DNA of 63,812 nucleotides, counting the filler, from Octopus bimaculoides (Eukaryota): the NCBI RefSeq assembly GCF_001194135.2. It is 6 parts of 5 records of this genome, joined end to end, with 100 filler letters (N's around TTAATTAATTAA, not from the genome) between each part and the next. Parts side by side here need not be neighbours in the genome. Positions count along the whole stretch, not along the records: positions 1 to 18,821 come from NC_068990.1; 5 more parts are not named here. One strand, given 5' to 3'. The position numbers were made by a program, and so were the translations under genes. The notes below the pieces were generated by a model. It saw only the letters and a list, made by a program, of their open reading frames with translations, was not told the DNA's origin and did no database searches. Each line of letters starts with the position of its first letter. Positions within the stretch are counted from its first letter, which is position 1. Of the stretch, positions 1 to 13,006 are shown in pieces.

Positions 1-37
<37 letters not shown>

Positions 38-99
38 GTTGTATACATTTATATGGGTATATATGCATATATACACTCATATATACATGTATATATATT

Positions 100-136
<37 letters not shown>

Positions 137-312
137 GCAGGCATAATATACACAGGCTCACACACACATGTATTCACGAGTATTTGAAATAGAAGTCATA
201 GTAATGTATATACATGCATGTGTTTACGTGTGTATGTGTATATACATTCGTCTGAATATATCTCTATCCATATACGTGTCCATATATGTGTCTATGTACG
301 TATGTGTGTACG

Positions 313-346
<34 letters not shown>

Positions 347-1097
347 TGTATGTATGCATATATGTATGTATGTATGTATGTATGTATATATCTATGTATG
401 TATGTATGTATGTGTGTATCTATCTATCCATCTATGTATGTTTCTATCTATCTTTGTCTGTACATTTGTGTTTCTTTCTTTCTCTCTTCATCATAGTTTT
501 ACTTCTCTCTTTCTCTCTTCACCTCCCCCCTCTCTCTCTCTCTATCTATATATATATATATATATNNNNNNNNNNNNNNNNNNNNNNNNNNNNNNNNNNN
601 NNNNNNNNNNNNNNNNNNNNNNNNNNNNNNNNNNNNNNNNNNNNNNNNNNNNNNNNNNNNNNNNNNNNNNNNNNNNNNNNNNNNNNNNNNNNNNNNNNNN
701 NNNNNNNNNNNNNNNNNNNNNNNNNNNNNNNNNNNNNNNNNNNNNNNNNNNNNNNNNNNNNNNNNNNNNNNNNNNNNNNNNNNNNNNNNNNNNNNNNNNN
801 NNNNNNNNNNNNNNNNNNNNNNNNNNNNNNNNNNNNNNNNNNNNNNNNNNNNNNNNNNNNNNNNNNNNNNNNNNNNNNNNNNNNNNNNNNNNNNNNNNNN
901 NNNNNNNNNNNNNNNNNNNNNNNNNNNNNNNNNNNNNNNNNNNNNNNNNNNNNNNNNNNNNNNNNNNNNNNNNNNNNNNNNNNNNNNNNNNNNNNNNNNN
1001 NNNNNNNNNNNNNNNNNNNTGTTTCTTTCTTTCTCTCTTCATCATAGTTTTACTTCTCTCTTTCTCTCTTCACCTCCCCCCTCTCTCTCTCTCTATC

Positions 1098-1129
<32 letters not shown>

Positions 1130-1776
1130 CATACTTAGAAGGAGCGGGACGGCGGCTGGTGAACACTACGTCTACATGTACGTGTGTTTGTTGATGCTGC
1201 CTAAATATTTGGTAGCGATCTATTGAAAATTACTGCAGCGATATTGAGGATAATGCGCAGTGTTGTTCATGTGACCACCTCAATAACAAGTGAAGACTGC
1301 GTTTAGATGGCATCGGGGAAGAGAGACTGACTAGATGAATAAATACATAAATAAATACATGAAAATAAAATGAATGTATAAATAAAATATTCATAATACA
1401 TGCACCTGTGATCTTTATTGTAGTGATAACTTGGCGTCTCCTTCGACTATTCTGTGTACTAACCTTTCAATTATGATCTATCGATTATTTCTGCTTTAAG
1501 CACTGGGTGAAATGTTCGCATGGCAAGTTGTAATACAACTTCAAATATAACAATATATAGAGTACGATTGACTCGTACTTTATTTTACTAACACACACAG
1601 CCCTATCCCATCTTGGTGTGATGAACAATTAATTCGATCTCAGCGGGATTTGATATCAAAATATAAATGAAACCCATTGAATGCAGTAAGCCCTGCCGTA
1701 TTCGCCACACCACTCTCCGCACTGCAAATTGTAATCATGATTATAATTATAATTATTATTATTATTATTATTTTTA

Positions 1777-2165
1777 TTCTTTTATTTGTTTCAGTCATTT
1801 GACTGCGGCCATGCTGGAGCACCGCCTTTAGTCGAACAAGTCGACCCCAGGGCTCATTCTTTGTAAGCCTAATACTCATCCTATCGGTCTGTTTTGCCGA
1901 ACAGCTAAGTTACGGGGACGTAAATACACCAACATCGGTTGTCAAGCGATGGTGGGGGAGCAAACACATGCGCATCCTACACACACGCGCACACACACAC
2001 ACACACGTGCCCGCGCGCACATAACGGGCTCCTTTCAGTTTCTGTCTACCAAATCCAATCACGAGGCTCTGGTCGGCTCGTGGCTATAGCAGAAGACACT
2101 TTCCCAGAAGACATTTGCGGAACCACGTGGTTGGTTGGTAAGCAAGCTACTTACCACACAGCCAT
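1777..2165 (-). mobile_element. tRNA-derived SINE, family B (near full length, internal CA microsatellite)
   Basis: Head GGCTGTGTGGTAAGTAGCTTGCTTACCAACCAC and tail CCAGCATGGCCGCAGTCAAATGACTGAAACAAATAAAAGAAT; many copies in the window. Confidence 0.9.
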
Positions 2166-2181
2166 GCCTGCGCCAATTGTT

Positions 2182-2206
2182 AATATTATTATTATTATTA
2201 TTATTA

Positions 2207-2260
<54 letters not shown>
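2182..2260. repeat. (ATT)n microsatellite; similar tracts at 1740-1775, 5860-5920, 53995-54060 and 55108-55137
   Basis: Direct reading. Confidence 0.95.
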
Positions 2261-2261
<1 letters not shown>

Positions 2262-2262
2262 T

Positions 2263-2490
2263 AAAGGCAGTGGGCTGGCAGAATCGTTAGCACGCCGGGC
2301 AGAATTCTTAGCGGTATGTCACTCGTCCTTGCGTTCTGAATTCAAATTCCGCCGAGGTCAACTTTACCTTTCATCCTTTCGGGATTAGTAAATTGAGTAC
2401 CAGTGGAGTACTGGAGTCGATGCAATGGACTTAACCCCTCCTCCAACTTTTCGCCAATTTGCAAGGCCTGTCGCATCTATGTTGCAATCA
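2263..2490 (+). mobile_element. tRNA-derived SINE, family A
   Basis: AAGGCAGTGGGCTGGCAGAATCGTTAGCACGCCGGGC...TCTGAATTCAAATTCCGCCGAGGTCAAC...: A box, B box and core shared by more than 20 copies here. Confidence 0.9.
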
Positions 2491-2973
2491 AAGCTATGTT
2501 CTCGTGAAGAATATGTGCCCCTTCCACTACTCCAAAATTGTACGCAGGTGTTTTACTTGTATCAGGTATACATAAAAGTTGAAAAGTACTGGAAAATAGT
2601 GTCTGCTGGCTAATTATATATCAAAACAGGAGATTGGAAAAAAAATGTTTGCTGAATAATACCAAACATTTTTTCTATCTCCTGTTTTGCTACGTATACA
2701 TACATGCATACATACATATATATATATATATATANNNNNNNNNNNNNNNNNNNNNNNNNNNNNNNNNNNNNNNNNNNNNNNNNNNNNNNNNNNNNNNNNN
2801 NNNNNNNNNNNNNNNNNNNNNNNNNNNNNNNNNNNNNNNNNNNNNNNNNNNNNNNNNNNNNNNNNNNNNNNNNNNNNNNNNNNNNNNNNNNNNNNNNNNN
2901 NNNNNNNNNNNNNNNNNNNNNNNNNNNNNNNNNNNNNNNNNNNNNNNNNNNNNNNNNNNNNNNNNNNNNNNNN

Positions 2974-3028
<55 letters not shown>

Positions 3029-3076
3029 TATATATATATATATACATATGTATATATATATATATAAAATTTATCA

Positions 3077-3121
<45 letters not shown>

Positions 3122-3949
3122 GTATATATAAGATTATAAAGGGAGCTAGACGCAAAATAAAGCCAAAAATAAAGAGTTCAATTGTCAATAATAGTGACTG
3201 AGGGTGCATTGTAGCACTTACATTGCTAGCTAATAGAGTCAAATATCGTTATAGCAAGAAACATAGTACAAGTCTATATACGTATTAACTTTGCCCAGAA
3301 AATAACCGTAACCTATGAGTGAACTTGTTTATTAGTTTATCCCAAACTCAACAAAATAGCAAATAATTTTCAGAGAATTATTTTTATTCACGATACATAA
3401 TGTTTTCATGAATTTTTCTTTTAATATCACGATCAAGAATATTTAAGAATAAAATACTGTATTTACCTTAATACTGTATTTACCTTCTAATGACTGCCGG
3501 TATCATTTAAACAGTTTAACCACCTCAAAAATAAGTGATAGAAAAGAACTGAATTTGCTAAATTGAAATTATTCGTTATTTTAATTACTTCTCTCTATCA
3601 TCTTGTTTTTATTTTTTTTGTTTTCTTCAACTGGCTACTGTTGTATTTAGGAGTAAAATATCCACGGCTATTTTTTCGGTGGCTTATGAAGAAAAAATGA
3701 ATAATCATAAGTGATCATATGTGAATTCCATGAAGATACTGAAAATTTCACTGTTTTATTTTTCGGCTCTCCAAACGAATCTTTCGAAAATCACCAGCCA
3801 GATATTTATCAGGAAATCCGCAAATTATGACGTAATAATAGAAATTAATAGAAATTTTGAAACCAAATATAGAGCAAAGGCAAAATATAATATACATTAC
3901 CTTCCTTTGATATTTTGTGATGAAAATCACGAGTGAAAAGAAATTAAAA

Positions 3950-4593
3950 TAAAGCATTTTTCAAATTTTACAAAATCTGGCCATCTGAGACAAGCTCAAA
4001 ACGCAACACCCGCTTCGAAATTTCAATGGACACACAACATGACCGACTTTCTGTTTGAACCGCTCTTATTTAACAGCTGGTTCTGAAGCCTAAACGGAAC
4101 GAAACAATTGAATTCTCTTATTTGGATTGCGAAAATAGATTTATTTTTCATCCCCAGTTACACACAATTCGATGTTCATAACAAGCATCTCGGGAATTTT
4201 CTGGCAAATGGTCACACATCATTCCTGGTCGTTGTTCTTTCGAGCTCCTCGACAGGGTCTCTTCACAGGGTGTGTTTATGGAGGCGTCGATTGATGATGT
4301 TTTGTGAAAGACAATGTTCTTCCAACAATGTGCCAGCCCTTGTGCTTGGCTGTTTTTCAGACATTTCAAGCAATATCACATTCTCCACAACAGAAAGTCT
4401 CCTTGCCGCTGCTTTGTCTTCGAGGCTGGTGTCACTTTCTTTGAAACGTGAGAACCAGTTTTGTGTCAGAAACTCGTTTACAGTTCATGGGCCTTCCACA
4501 TCATTAAATTCTTTTGCTGTTGCTCTTGCACTCAGTCGTTTTTTTCCACTTGCAACATAAAATGCTTCTAATTGCAATCTGTTCACCACTCAT
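3950..4593 (-). mobile_element. Decayed mariner (Tc1/mariner) transposase remnant
   Basis: Minus strand reads across frameshifts MSGEQIAIRSIL..., QNWFSRFKESDTSLEDK, R.IV-(fs)-VTGDEK (first catalytic D, ~4144-4161), then a KVMLCVWW-like/FELV.DG-like segment. Multiple stops and frameshifts. Confidence 0.85.
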
Positions 4594-4776
4594 TACCAAA
4601 GCTGTAGAATAAAGAATAAACATTTAATGTTTTTATGTTATACATAAAAATAAAGACTAAACAGTTCAGCAACGATTGGACAACAAGTTGTATCAAATTA
4701 ATAATATATCATAAAGACAACAATTGCCAAAAACCATCGGTAAAAATTTGAAACATCTTTTCACTCAATCCAATAC

Positions 4777-5710
4777 ATTCAACCCACTGGTAGAATGGCC
4801 GACTCATTAAGGCGACTTTACTTTCTATCCTTCGTGATCGATAAAATATGGTACCAGTAAATACTAAGGTCGTTATGATCGACTTAAAACCTATTCTAAA
4901 ATTGCTGGTCTTGTATCAATATTTGAAACAATTAATGTCATTTATCGTTTCGGCATCGACAAAACAAAGTACTACTCCATGTTTATCGACCTGGCATTTC
5001 TGGTCTTGTGCCAACATTTGAAGTAGTTATCGTTGCTCATTAATTAATTAAATAAACAAGCAATTATTATTAATACTGGTTTCAAATTCTGGCACGAGGC
5101 CAGCAATTTCAGAGGAGGGGCTCAGTCGATTACATCGACCTCAGCGCTCAACTGGTGTTTATTTATCGACCACGAAAGAATGAAAGATAAAGTTGACCTC
5201 AGCAGAATTTGATCTCAGAACGGAAAGTCGGACGAGATGAGCTAAGCATTTTATCCGGCATGCTAATGATTCTGCCAGTTTGACGCCTTAATTACAATTG
5301 ATCTCAAATTTCGGAACAAGGCTGGCAATTTCGGGGGAGCGGTACGTCTATTTAATCGACTCCAGTCCTGAACTAGTACTTATTTTGTCGATTCCGAAAG
5401 AATGGATGAAAGGCAAGTCGACCCTTACGGCATTTGAACTCAGGACGGAAAAGCCAACGAAGTACTGTTAAGCATTTTGCCGGTGTGTTAACGATTCTGC
5501 CACCTCGCAGCCTTAACTTTAATGAATAAAACGACTTACTCACATGAGCATAAGTGCAATGATATATATAAGAGAATGAAGGAAAAAATCGATTGAATTT
5601 TCTTGAGTATTTGATTGGGATTGTTTTAATATCTTCTCAAAGATGAAAGATAAACTTGACTTCAACGGAATTTGAAATCAAAACATAGAAATTGGCAAAT
5701 AAATACCGCA
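4777..5710. mobile_element. Cluster of about five family A SINE copies (4777-5030 plus; 5085-5290, 5295-5515, 5640-5710 minus)
   Basis: Repeated GAAAGGATGAAAGGCAAAGTCGACC..GGAATTTGAACTCAGAAC motif in both orientations. Confidence 0.85.
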
Positions 5711-5858
5711 ATAGGGATCGATTCTTTCATCTACATGAACTACACCTGCTTCCTGCGGAAATTGGCCGTCTGCCTCGCTGAGAGAAAATCGATATCTCAT
5801 AGTAAGTTAAAGCAGCAGTATGATTATCTATAACAACAGCAATAACAACGACAACAGC

Positions 5859-5923
<65 letters not shown>

Positions 5924-6189
5924 CAACACCAACAACAATGACAATAATAATTTCTTCTCACTGCAACTAACTACAATTCAACGCGCCAATGAGTGAGCCA
6001 CTATGCAGCCGTTCAACTTGCTAAAAATAACAGGCAAATATATCTCATACCATGAGCCAGCCATTCAAAGATGAGGCACGTGTTAGGTCTGAATGGTTTT
6101 GAGTTAAGATCTGCTCTTTCGTTGTTTGGTCCCACAAAATTAAGGGTTATTACATTTATGTATTATTCAGTTATAGTATGTTGCCTTCA

Positions 6190-6350
6190 GGCGTTGGCGT
6201 GGCTGTTTGGTAAGAAAACGTCGCTTTCCAACCACACGATTCCGAGCTCAGTACCACTACGTGTTACCCCGGGCATATGTTTTCTATTAGATCCTCGGGT
6301 CGACCGAAGCTTTCTGACCGGATTTGGTAGACACAGCTTGAAAGAAGACC
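6190..6350 (+). mobile_element. Decayed SINE family B head and core
   Basis: GGCGTGGCTGTTTGGTAAG...CCTCGGGTCGACCGAAGC...GGATTTGGTAGAC. Confidence 0.65.
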
Positions 6351-7072
6351 GTTACACGCACACGCGCGCGCGCGCACACACACGCGCGCGCGCACACACA
6401 GAAACACACACATGGGTAAAAGAAAGTACAGGAGGACCAGTGAATTATGATTTTATTCAATATATTCCAAAAAGGGAATGTGTTAGATTCCCTTTTTTGC
6501 AGCAGTCCTTCAGTTTTTCTAACTCCATGAAAGAACTCGGAAGGTTGGGCTTTCTGACTCCAACGAGGCCTTTCACGATACCCTTAAAGCCAGGAATTTT
6601 TCAGCACCCCCTCGTTTGTGTAAGTGTGTGTGTGTGTGTGTGTGAGAGAGAGAAAGAGTGTTGTTTGTCCAAGCACTACCAATTGCTAACCAGTTTTGTT
6701 TGTTTACGTCTGTAACCTTGCTGTCCGTCAAAAGAAACACATCACATAATTACCAGACTTTAAAATAAAAATATGTGCCGGGACTGATTCATTCGACTAA
6801 AACCTTTAAGGTCGTGGTTCTTTCGTTTGATATGGGACCTATTTACAGTTCAGTGGAGTGGATATGTGGAAAACTATGTACTTTGGCAGCTTACATAACG
6901 TGTAAGCGATAATATGCGACATGATGCAAATATATCGGCGTATTTTATATTCCTTATTTAACCAGTCAGCCACATTCTCTGAATAGACGGAAAAACAAAT
7001 TAAGTTGCGCCAAAGTTTCGATATAAAGACATACAATTGAGAATCTTCTCGATTCACTTAGGTTGTGTATAT

Positions 7073-7885
7073 TAGTTTCAAATTTTGGCACAAGGCCAGC
7101 AATTTCGGGGAAAAGGAAGTTGATTACATTGCTCCCAGTGGTCAACCGGTGCTTATTTTATGGACTCTGGAAGGATGAAAAATAAAGTCGATCTAGGCGG
7201 TAAATATTAAGGAAAACAATATCCTTGTATGTGCAAACAGCTTTCTGTTAAAACCCCAAAATTCTTGGTACTATAGAATCCTTTACTTTCAATTATAGAC
7301 ACAAAGCCTTGAATGTTTGGAGGAAATGGGTTTTTTTACTATATCGATCCCAGTAATCAACTGGTACGTTTTTTATCGACGCTGAAAAAATGAAGAGCAA
7401 AATCGACTCTAGTGAAATTTGAACTCAAATTGTAAATCCAGAAAAATTGCCGCTAAGTCTTTTGTCCGACCTGCTAATAATTCTTATCTACTTAAGGGAC
7501 TAGGCCCGAAATTTTTTTGGGGGGGAGGGGCTAATCAATTAGAAAGACCCTAGTAGGCAACTGATACTTAATTTATCGACGCCGAAAGGATGTAAAGCAA
7601 AATCGACAGACAAAATACCGCTAAGCGTTTCGCCCAGCGTGCTAACGTTTCTTATTTCTTTATTGCCCACAAGGGGCTAAACATAGAGGGGACAAACAAG
7701 GACAGACAAACGGATTAAATCGATCACATTGACTCCAGTGCGTAACTGGTACTTAATTTATCGAATCCAAAAGGATGAAAAGCAAAGTCGACCGCGGTGG
7801 AATTTGAACTCAGAACGTAACGGCAGACGAAATATCACTAAGCATTTCGCCCGGAGAGCTAACGGTTCTGCCAACTCGCCGCCTT
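7073..7885 (-). mobile_element. Tandem cluster of four family A SINE copies
   Basis: Copies at about 7073-7200, 7300-7490, 7495-7650 and 7651-7885, all minus strand. Confidence 0.85.
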
Positions 7886-9362
7886 CTTTTGGCATTATAG
7901 AATATTATTTTATCAATATATCGAGAAATATTATTTCTTTATATTCTAAGTTCAACTTCTACTGAAGTCGGCTTCGCATTTCTACTCTCCGGGGGCAGGT
8001 CGAGACGACATATATTTACAATTCATTTTGCCTTTGATTGAAAGCCTTATTCTATTAGTTATATAAAAAATATTGATATAATAAAGAAGAGAGAGCATTT
8101 AGAAGAATTACAACTGATTGATTTCAGCGTGTGGTGTTTAACCTGCTGAGAGATCGATAATTCATTTTGTGAAATCAGAAATTTTCATTGGTCAGTAATT
8201 AAGACGCTGAAGTCTGAAAGACCGTGCTTTTAGAAATTGCTATTCATTTTTTTTTATTTACTGGTTGCATTGACTGGGCTACGGCCATGCACCATCTTAA
8301 GTGTGTTAGATTATCGTATCGAGCGCAGTAAATATTGTAGAGTTGTAATGATTATACCAATGTCGAATAGTAGAACGTTTGAGTTAAGGGGTATAAAGGA
8401 ACATAACACGAAAACACACCCTAGTGTTTAGAAGCATGTAAAAATATATACACAATAATGTATGCATGCACATGCACATATGTACAATAGAATTAAGCAA
8501 TTTTTCCGTCTAAACCAAGGTATTGGTTAATTCATAACTGGAATAGGAAACATTTTCTCAAATTGTAGAACAATGAGTTCGAACCACAAACTTGTAAAAG
8601 AATTTCTTAATGATATACATACATGCATACATTCACATACACATACTTGTGTGCGTGTGTGTTTGTGATTATGCATACATGTGTGAGAGTGTGTCTGCGT
8701 GCGTGTCTGTTTTAATTAAAATTAGTCTTTGTTGGTGAAACTATATGAAATAAAAAAACAGCGACAAAGTCCATTTAATGACCGGCAAGCTTCGTGAGAC
8801 AATACTGTGCTGATGAAGTTGAAAAGACCGAAACTTACCCATAGTTGTATTTTAACTGCAAAACAAAGATAAAAGTGTAATTTTGCTACTCAGTTTCTCT
8901 TACGATTTATATGTATTTCCCTAAACTGAATTATTGCAATAAATTTTTTTTTGCCTACGTCATTCAAAACATTATCACTTAACTTCGATACCCAAGTTCA
9001 TTCCATTAGTTCAGCTAAGTTGTTTCCCTTTGATAATTTTATATATAATTATATAAATATTATTAGACAGACGTTATTTCTATTTTCCTTTCATCTATGT
9101 TACATCCTATCCAATAATCCACATAGGTGGTTATCCTGCATTATGTTGATGAGGTTTAATAGTTCGGGAAAAGGTGATACCTGTCTTATATCTGCAAATA
9201 AAAATGAAAACCTTCTTTCCTTACCACTATAACTTAACACATAGACATATAACTAAGTACATACGTAGCAACACCCGTTTAAACACACACATGCATGCAT
9301 ATATGAAGTATATTTCTACAAAATAGATGCACCAATGGTTATTGGTAGAAATTTAAATGTTC

Positions 9363-9743
9363 TTGGCACTCTGTCGCTTACGACGACGAGGGTTCTAGTT
9401 GATCCGATCAACGGACAGCCTGCTCCTGAAATTAACGTGCAAGTGGCTGAGCAATCCACAGACACGTGCACCCTTAACGTAGTTCTCGGGGATATTCAGG
9501 GTGACACAGAGTGTGACAAGGCTGACCCTTTAAATTACAGGCACAACAGAAACAAGAAGTAAGAGTGAGAGAAAGTTGTGGTGAATGAGTACAGGAGGGT
9601 TCGCCACCTTGCCCTGCCGGAGCCTCGTGGAGCTTTAGGTGTTTTCACTCAATAAACACTCGCAACGCCCGTTCTGGGAATCGAAGCCGCGATCCTATGA
9701 CCGCCAGTCCGCTGCCCTAACCACTGGGCCATTGCGCCTCCAC
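9363..9743 (-). mobile_element. tRNA-derived SINE, family C (full length)
   Basis: Reverse complement of the 13271 and 47286 copies. tRNA-like head with A box (TGGCCCAGTGG) and B-box-like TTCGATTCC. Confidence 0.9.
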
Positions 9744-9971
9744 AGAAATTTAAATATATAATCAAGGTATAATGAGCTGCAGGTTTCAAAGCATTTGTCT
9801 GTATGTATTTTCCTTCTCGCTCATTTTAAAAGAGTGCACATAGCTTTTATTTTGTGTTCCAAATAGCTATTTTTTCTCTGCACTTGATAAATGTCGAAGC
9901 ATAACTTACTTATCTAGCATTTGGCAGACGTTTCGATGGAAATTTTCCACTAATAATCCTTCGACTGAAAT

Positions 9972-9984
9972 GCATGTATGTATG

Positions 9985-10020
<36 letters not shown>

Positions 10021-10870
10021 TACGTACGTATGTATATATGTATGTAAGTATGTATGTACGTACGTGTGTACGTGTATGTGTTATGTCAGGTCAGTCTTAG
10101 TGCTGCTGGTCACATGTAACCCAGCAATGTCCTGTCGCAATCCCAGGCCATCGGAGACTAAAACAGGATTTAACAAAGGCCTTTGATACTGTAAATAAGG
10201 CATTTCTATGGAAAATACTTGGCAAACTTGGATGTCCAGATCACTTTACATCTATAATTAAATCAATTCATGATGCGATGGAGGCTTGGGTCAATGTTGG
10301 CGGTGGCATGGCGGGACCCATTCCTGTAGAGAATGGTGTCAAGCAGGGTAAGTTAGTACTAGAGCGCAGAATGTTCCTGAAGGTCCGCAATGGTCTTCCT
10401 CGGTCACGAGTGGACGGCCAATAGAGAATGTATGTATGTATGTATGTATGTATGCATTATGTATGTATGCAAGTATGTATGTATGTATGTATGTATGATG
10501 TATGTATGTATGATGTATGTATGTATAATATATGGATGTATTTATTATGTATGGAAGTATGTATTATGTACGTATGTATGAATTATGTATGTGAGTATGT
10601 ATTATGTATGTAGGTATATGTGTATATATGTGTATGTATGTATGTATGTATTATGTGTGTATGTATGCATTATGTATGTATGTATTATGCATGTATGCAT
10701 GTATTTAAGTATGTATGTATGTATTATGTATGTATGTATGTATGTATAATGTATGTATGCATGTGTGTATTATGTATGCTTGTATTATGTGTAGGTATTA
10801 TGCATGTATGCATGTATTTATGTATGTATGCATGTATGTATGTATGTATATATGCACCTATGTATGTATG
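9972..10870. repeat. (ATGT)n microsatellite tracts flanking the RTE fragment
   Basis: Tracts at about 9972-10080 and 10424-10870, the latter interrupted by ATT variants. Confidence 0.95.
10085..10425 (+). mobile_element. Short RTE-clade LINE derivative containing an RT fragment
   Basis: 10167-10349 is open and encodes DLTKAFDTVNKAFLWKILGKLGCPDHFTSIIKSIHDAMEAWVNVGGGMAGPIPVENGVKQG (RT motifs DL.KAFD and GV.QG, RTE-like spacing). Flanked on both sides by (ATGT)n. Confidence 0.85.
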
Positions 10871-11022
10871 TGAAATAAACATCGGAGAAGCTTTTCCTCA
10901 GGAAGAACCTGCGTCAGGTATTTGATGGTCTTCTGCTTAAGACGAAAACTATTGCATGGTTGGAACCCTTTTTGTATTCTCAGTCACAAATCTTTCGACC
11001 CTTCAACTGTACATGGGACAAT

Positions 11023-11055
<33 letters not shown>

Positions 11056-11875
11056 TAGATGTACACTCACGCATGCACAACACACTCAAACACTCACACA
11101 CACACCTATACACACACAGACATATATACATGTATGTATGCATGTTTGTTTGAATGAAAATATAAACATGTTCAATTATACAAATCGATGAAACCCACTT
11201 AAACTAATTTGTAAGAGTGAATTAATGATATAGGAGAGTATGTTATATATTTAATGGGTTTGAGCAATTAATTTCAAACAGTTTACGTATTTCAAAGGGT
11301 TGTGATACATGAGTTTCATCAGAAGAAAATATATTTGAGCGGTTTCAAAAAATACGGAAAATAGCTGATTGCAAATAAATAGTGAAGATAAACATGCAGA
11401 GCACACTCTTGTTTTATCTGTCTGTGTGTCTGTCTTTCTGTTTTTCTGTCTTTCTCTGTCTTTCTCTGTCTTTCTCTGTCTCTGTCTCTCTCCCTCTCTC
11501 CCTCTCTGTCACACACAAATAGACACACACACATTCATATACTTACACACACACACATGTGTACATAGGTGCACATGCGTACATCTTGATATTCATCTAT
11601 ACCTAAGTATATACGAGAGCATACACGATGGGGCATATATGTGCGTGTATGTATGGTGTATGCGTGCACATGTGTGTATTCTCATACACCTATATATGTA
11701 TATAAATATACACACACGCACGCATATGCTTGCACCCTTTACCTCCACCTCACACACACACACGTATAGGGAAATATATCGAAATATATAGATAGATATA
11801 CACAATACTCATGCATATATTGCACGGCATAGCTATAATTATACGTTAAAAAAACGCATATACTGTTTATTTGAT

Positions 11876-11877
11876 GA

Positions 11878-11910
<33 letters not shown>

Positions 11911-11921
11911 CAGACAGACAT

Positions 11922-11978
<57 letters not shown>

Positions 11979-12345
11979 ATGAAGAANNNNNNNNNNNNNN
12001 NNNNNNNNNNNNNNNNNNNNNNNNNNNNNNNNNNNNNNNNNNNNNNNNNNNNNNNNNNNNNNNNNNNNNNNNNNNNNNNNNNNNNNNNNNNNNNNNNNNN
12101 NNNNNNNNNNNNNNNNNNNNNNNNNNNNNNNNNNNNNNNNNNNNNNNNNNNNNNNNNNNNNNNNNNNNNNNNNNNNNNNNNNNNNNNNNNNNNNNNNNNN
12201 NNNNNNNNNNNNNNNNNNNAGGCCGATCAATAGGGATCGTGTATCACACAGTAATGTTCTCGTGTAAAAAGAGGGGAGGACAGTTTAGGTTTAGCCGTGG
12301 AAGGAAAAGCCCACGGAAAAGATAGATAGATAGACAGACAGACAT

Positions 12346-12402
<57 letters not shown>

Positions 12403-12405
12403 ATG
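11876..12405. repeat. (GATA)n microsatellite, repeated on both sides of an N gap
   Basis: The (GATA)n/GACA pattern ending GAATGAAGAA occurs at 11876-11986 and again at 12320-12410. Confidence 0.9.
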
Positions 12406-12731
12406 AAGAACAAGCCTTTTAGACAAACGTAGATAAATACAGAAATTTTAAAATGAGGAACATGTATAAAGTGTATATGTTTGTATTGGATAGTCTGTTT
12501 GAATAAAAACGTACTCACGCGCATATGAATTTTAATTCAGACAATAGCACAGAGGTAAAAAAAAATAACCTATATAATTAATTAGACAGGAGTGTGCTGC
12601 TAAGCATACATATGAATATACGAACCTGCAAACACACACACGCACACACATATGTGCATGTGTCAGTGTATATTTATTAAATGCAAACATGTTTGTGCGC
12701 GTGTGCGTGCGTGTGTGCGTATACTCTAAAT

Positions 12732-13006
12732 CAGGGGTTTTCAAACTTTTTGACTTGCGGACCCTTTTATATTTCAGGCTTTACCTTAGGGACCCCCCTT
12801 ATAAACGCTTATGAAATTTATGCATAAATATTTGCTTAAAATAACATATATTTTTACATTTATTTATTTAACAGTATTTAACAAATAGGTTTATTGTCAA
12901 TTAAAAGATTTCGATTAAAAACATATATAAAATCAAATTGCCCATAAAAAGTATTTGCTGTCCACGGACCCCCTGTGGTCCGTGGACCACAGTTTGAAAA
13001 CCCCTG
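12732..13006. mobile_element. Intact non-autonomous hAT (Charlie-like) MITE, 275 bp
   Basis: Perfect 15-bp TIRs CAGGGGTTTTCAAAC / GTTTGAAAACCCCTG. Perfect 8-bp TSD CTCTAAAT at 12724-12731 and 13007-13014. Subterminal GGACCCC repeats. Confidence 0.95.

Noticed and set aside
1128-1230. Minus-strand SIDRY peptide resembling a GPCR DRY motif
   Set aside because: No hydrophobic TM3 before it in frame (stop upstream), and the downstream residues do not fit a GPCR loop/TM4.
3204-3214. GTGCATTGTAG, matching the 5' half of miR-33
   Set aside because: The match ends after 11 nt and I see no complementary star arm or hairpin.
4777-7885. Regularly recurring conserved motifs that could be mistaken for a CRISPR-like repeat-spacer array
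   Set aside because: They are cores of dispersed SINE copies in mixed orientation with irregular spacing; eukaryotic context and no cas genes.
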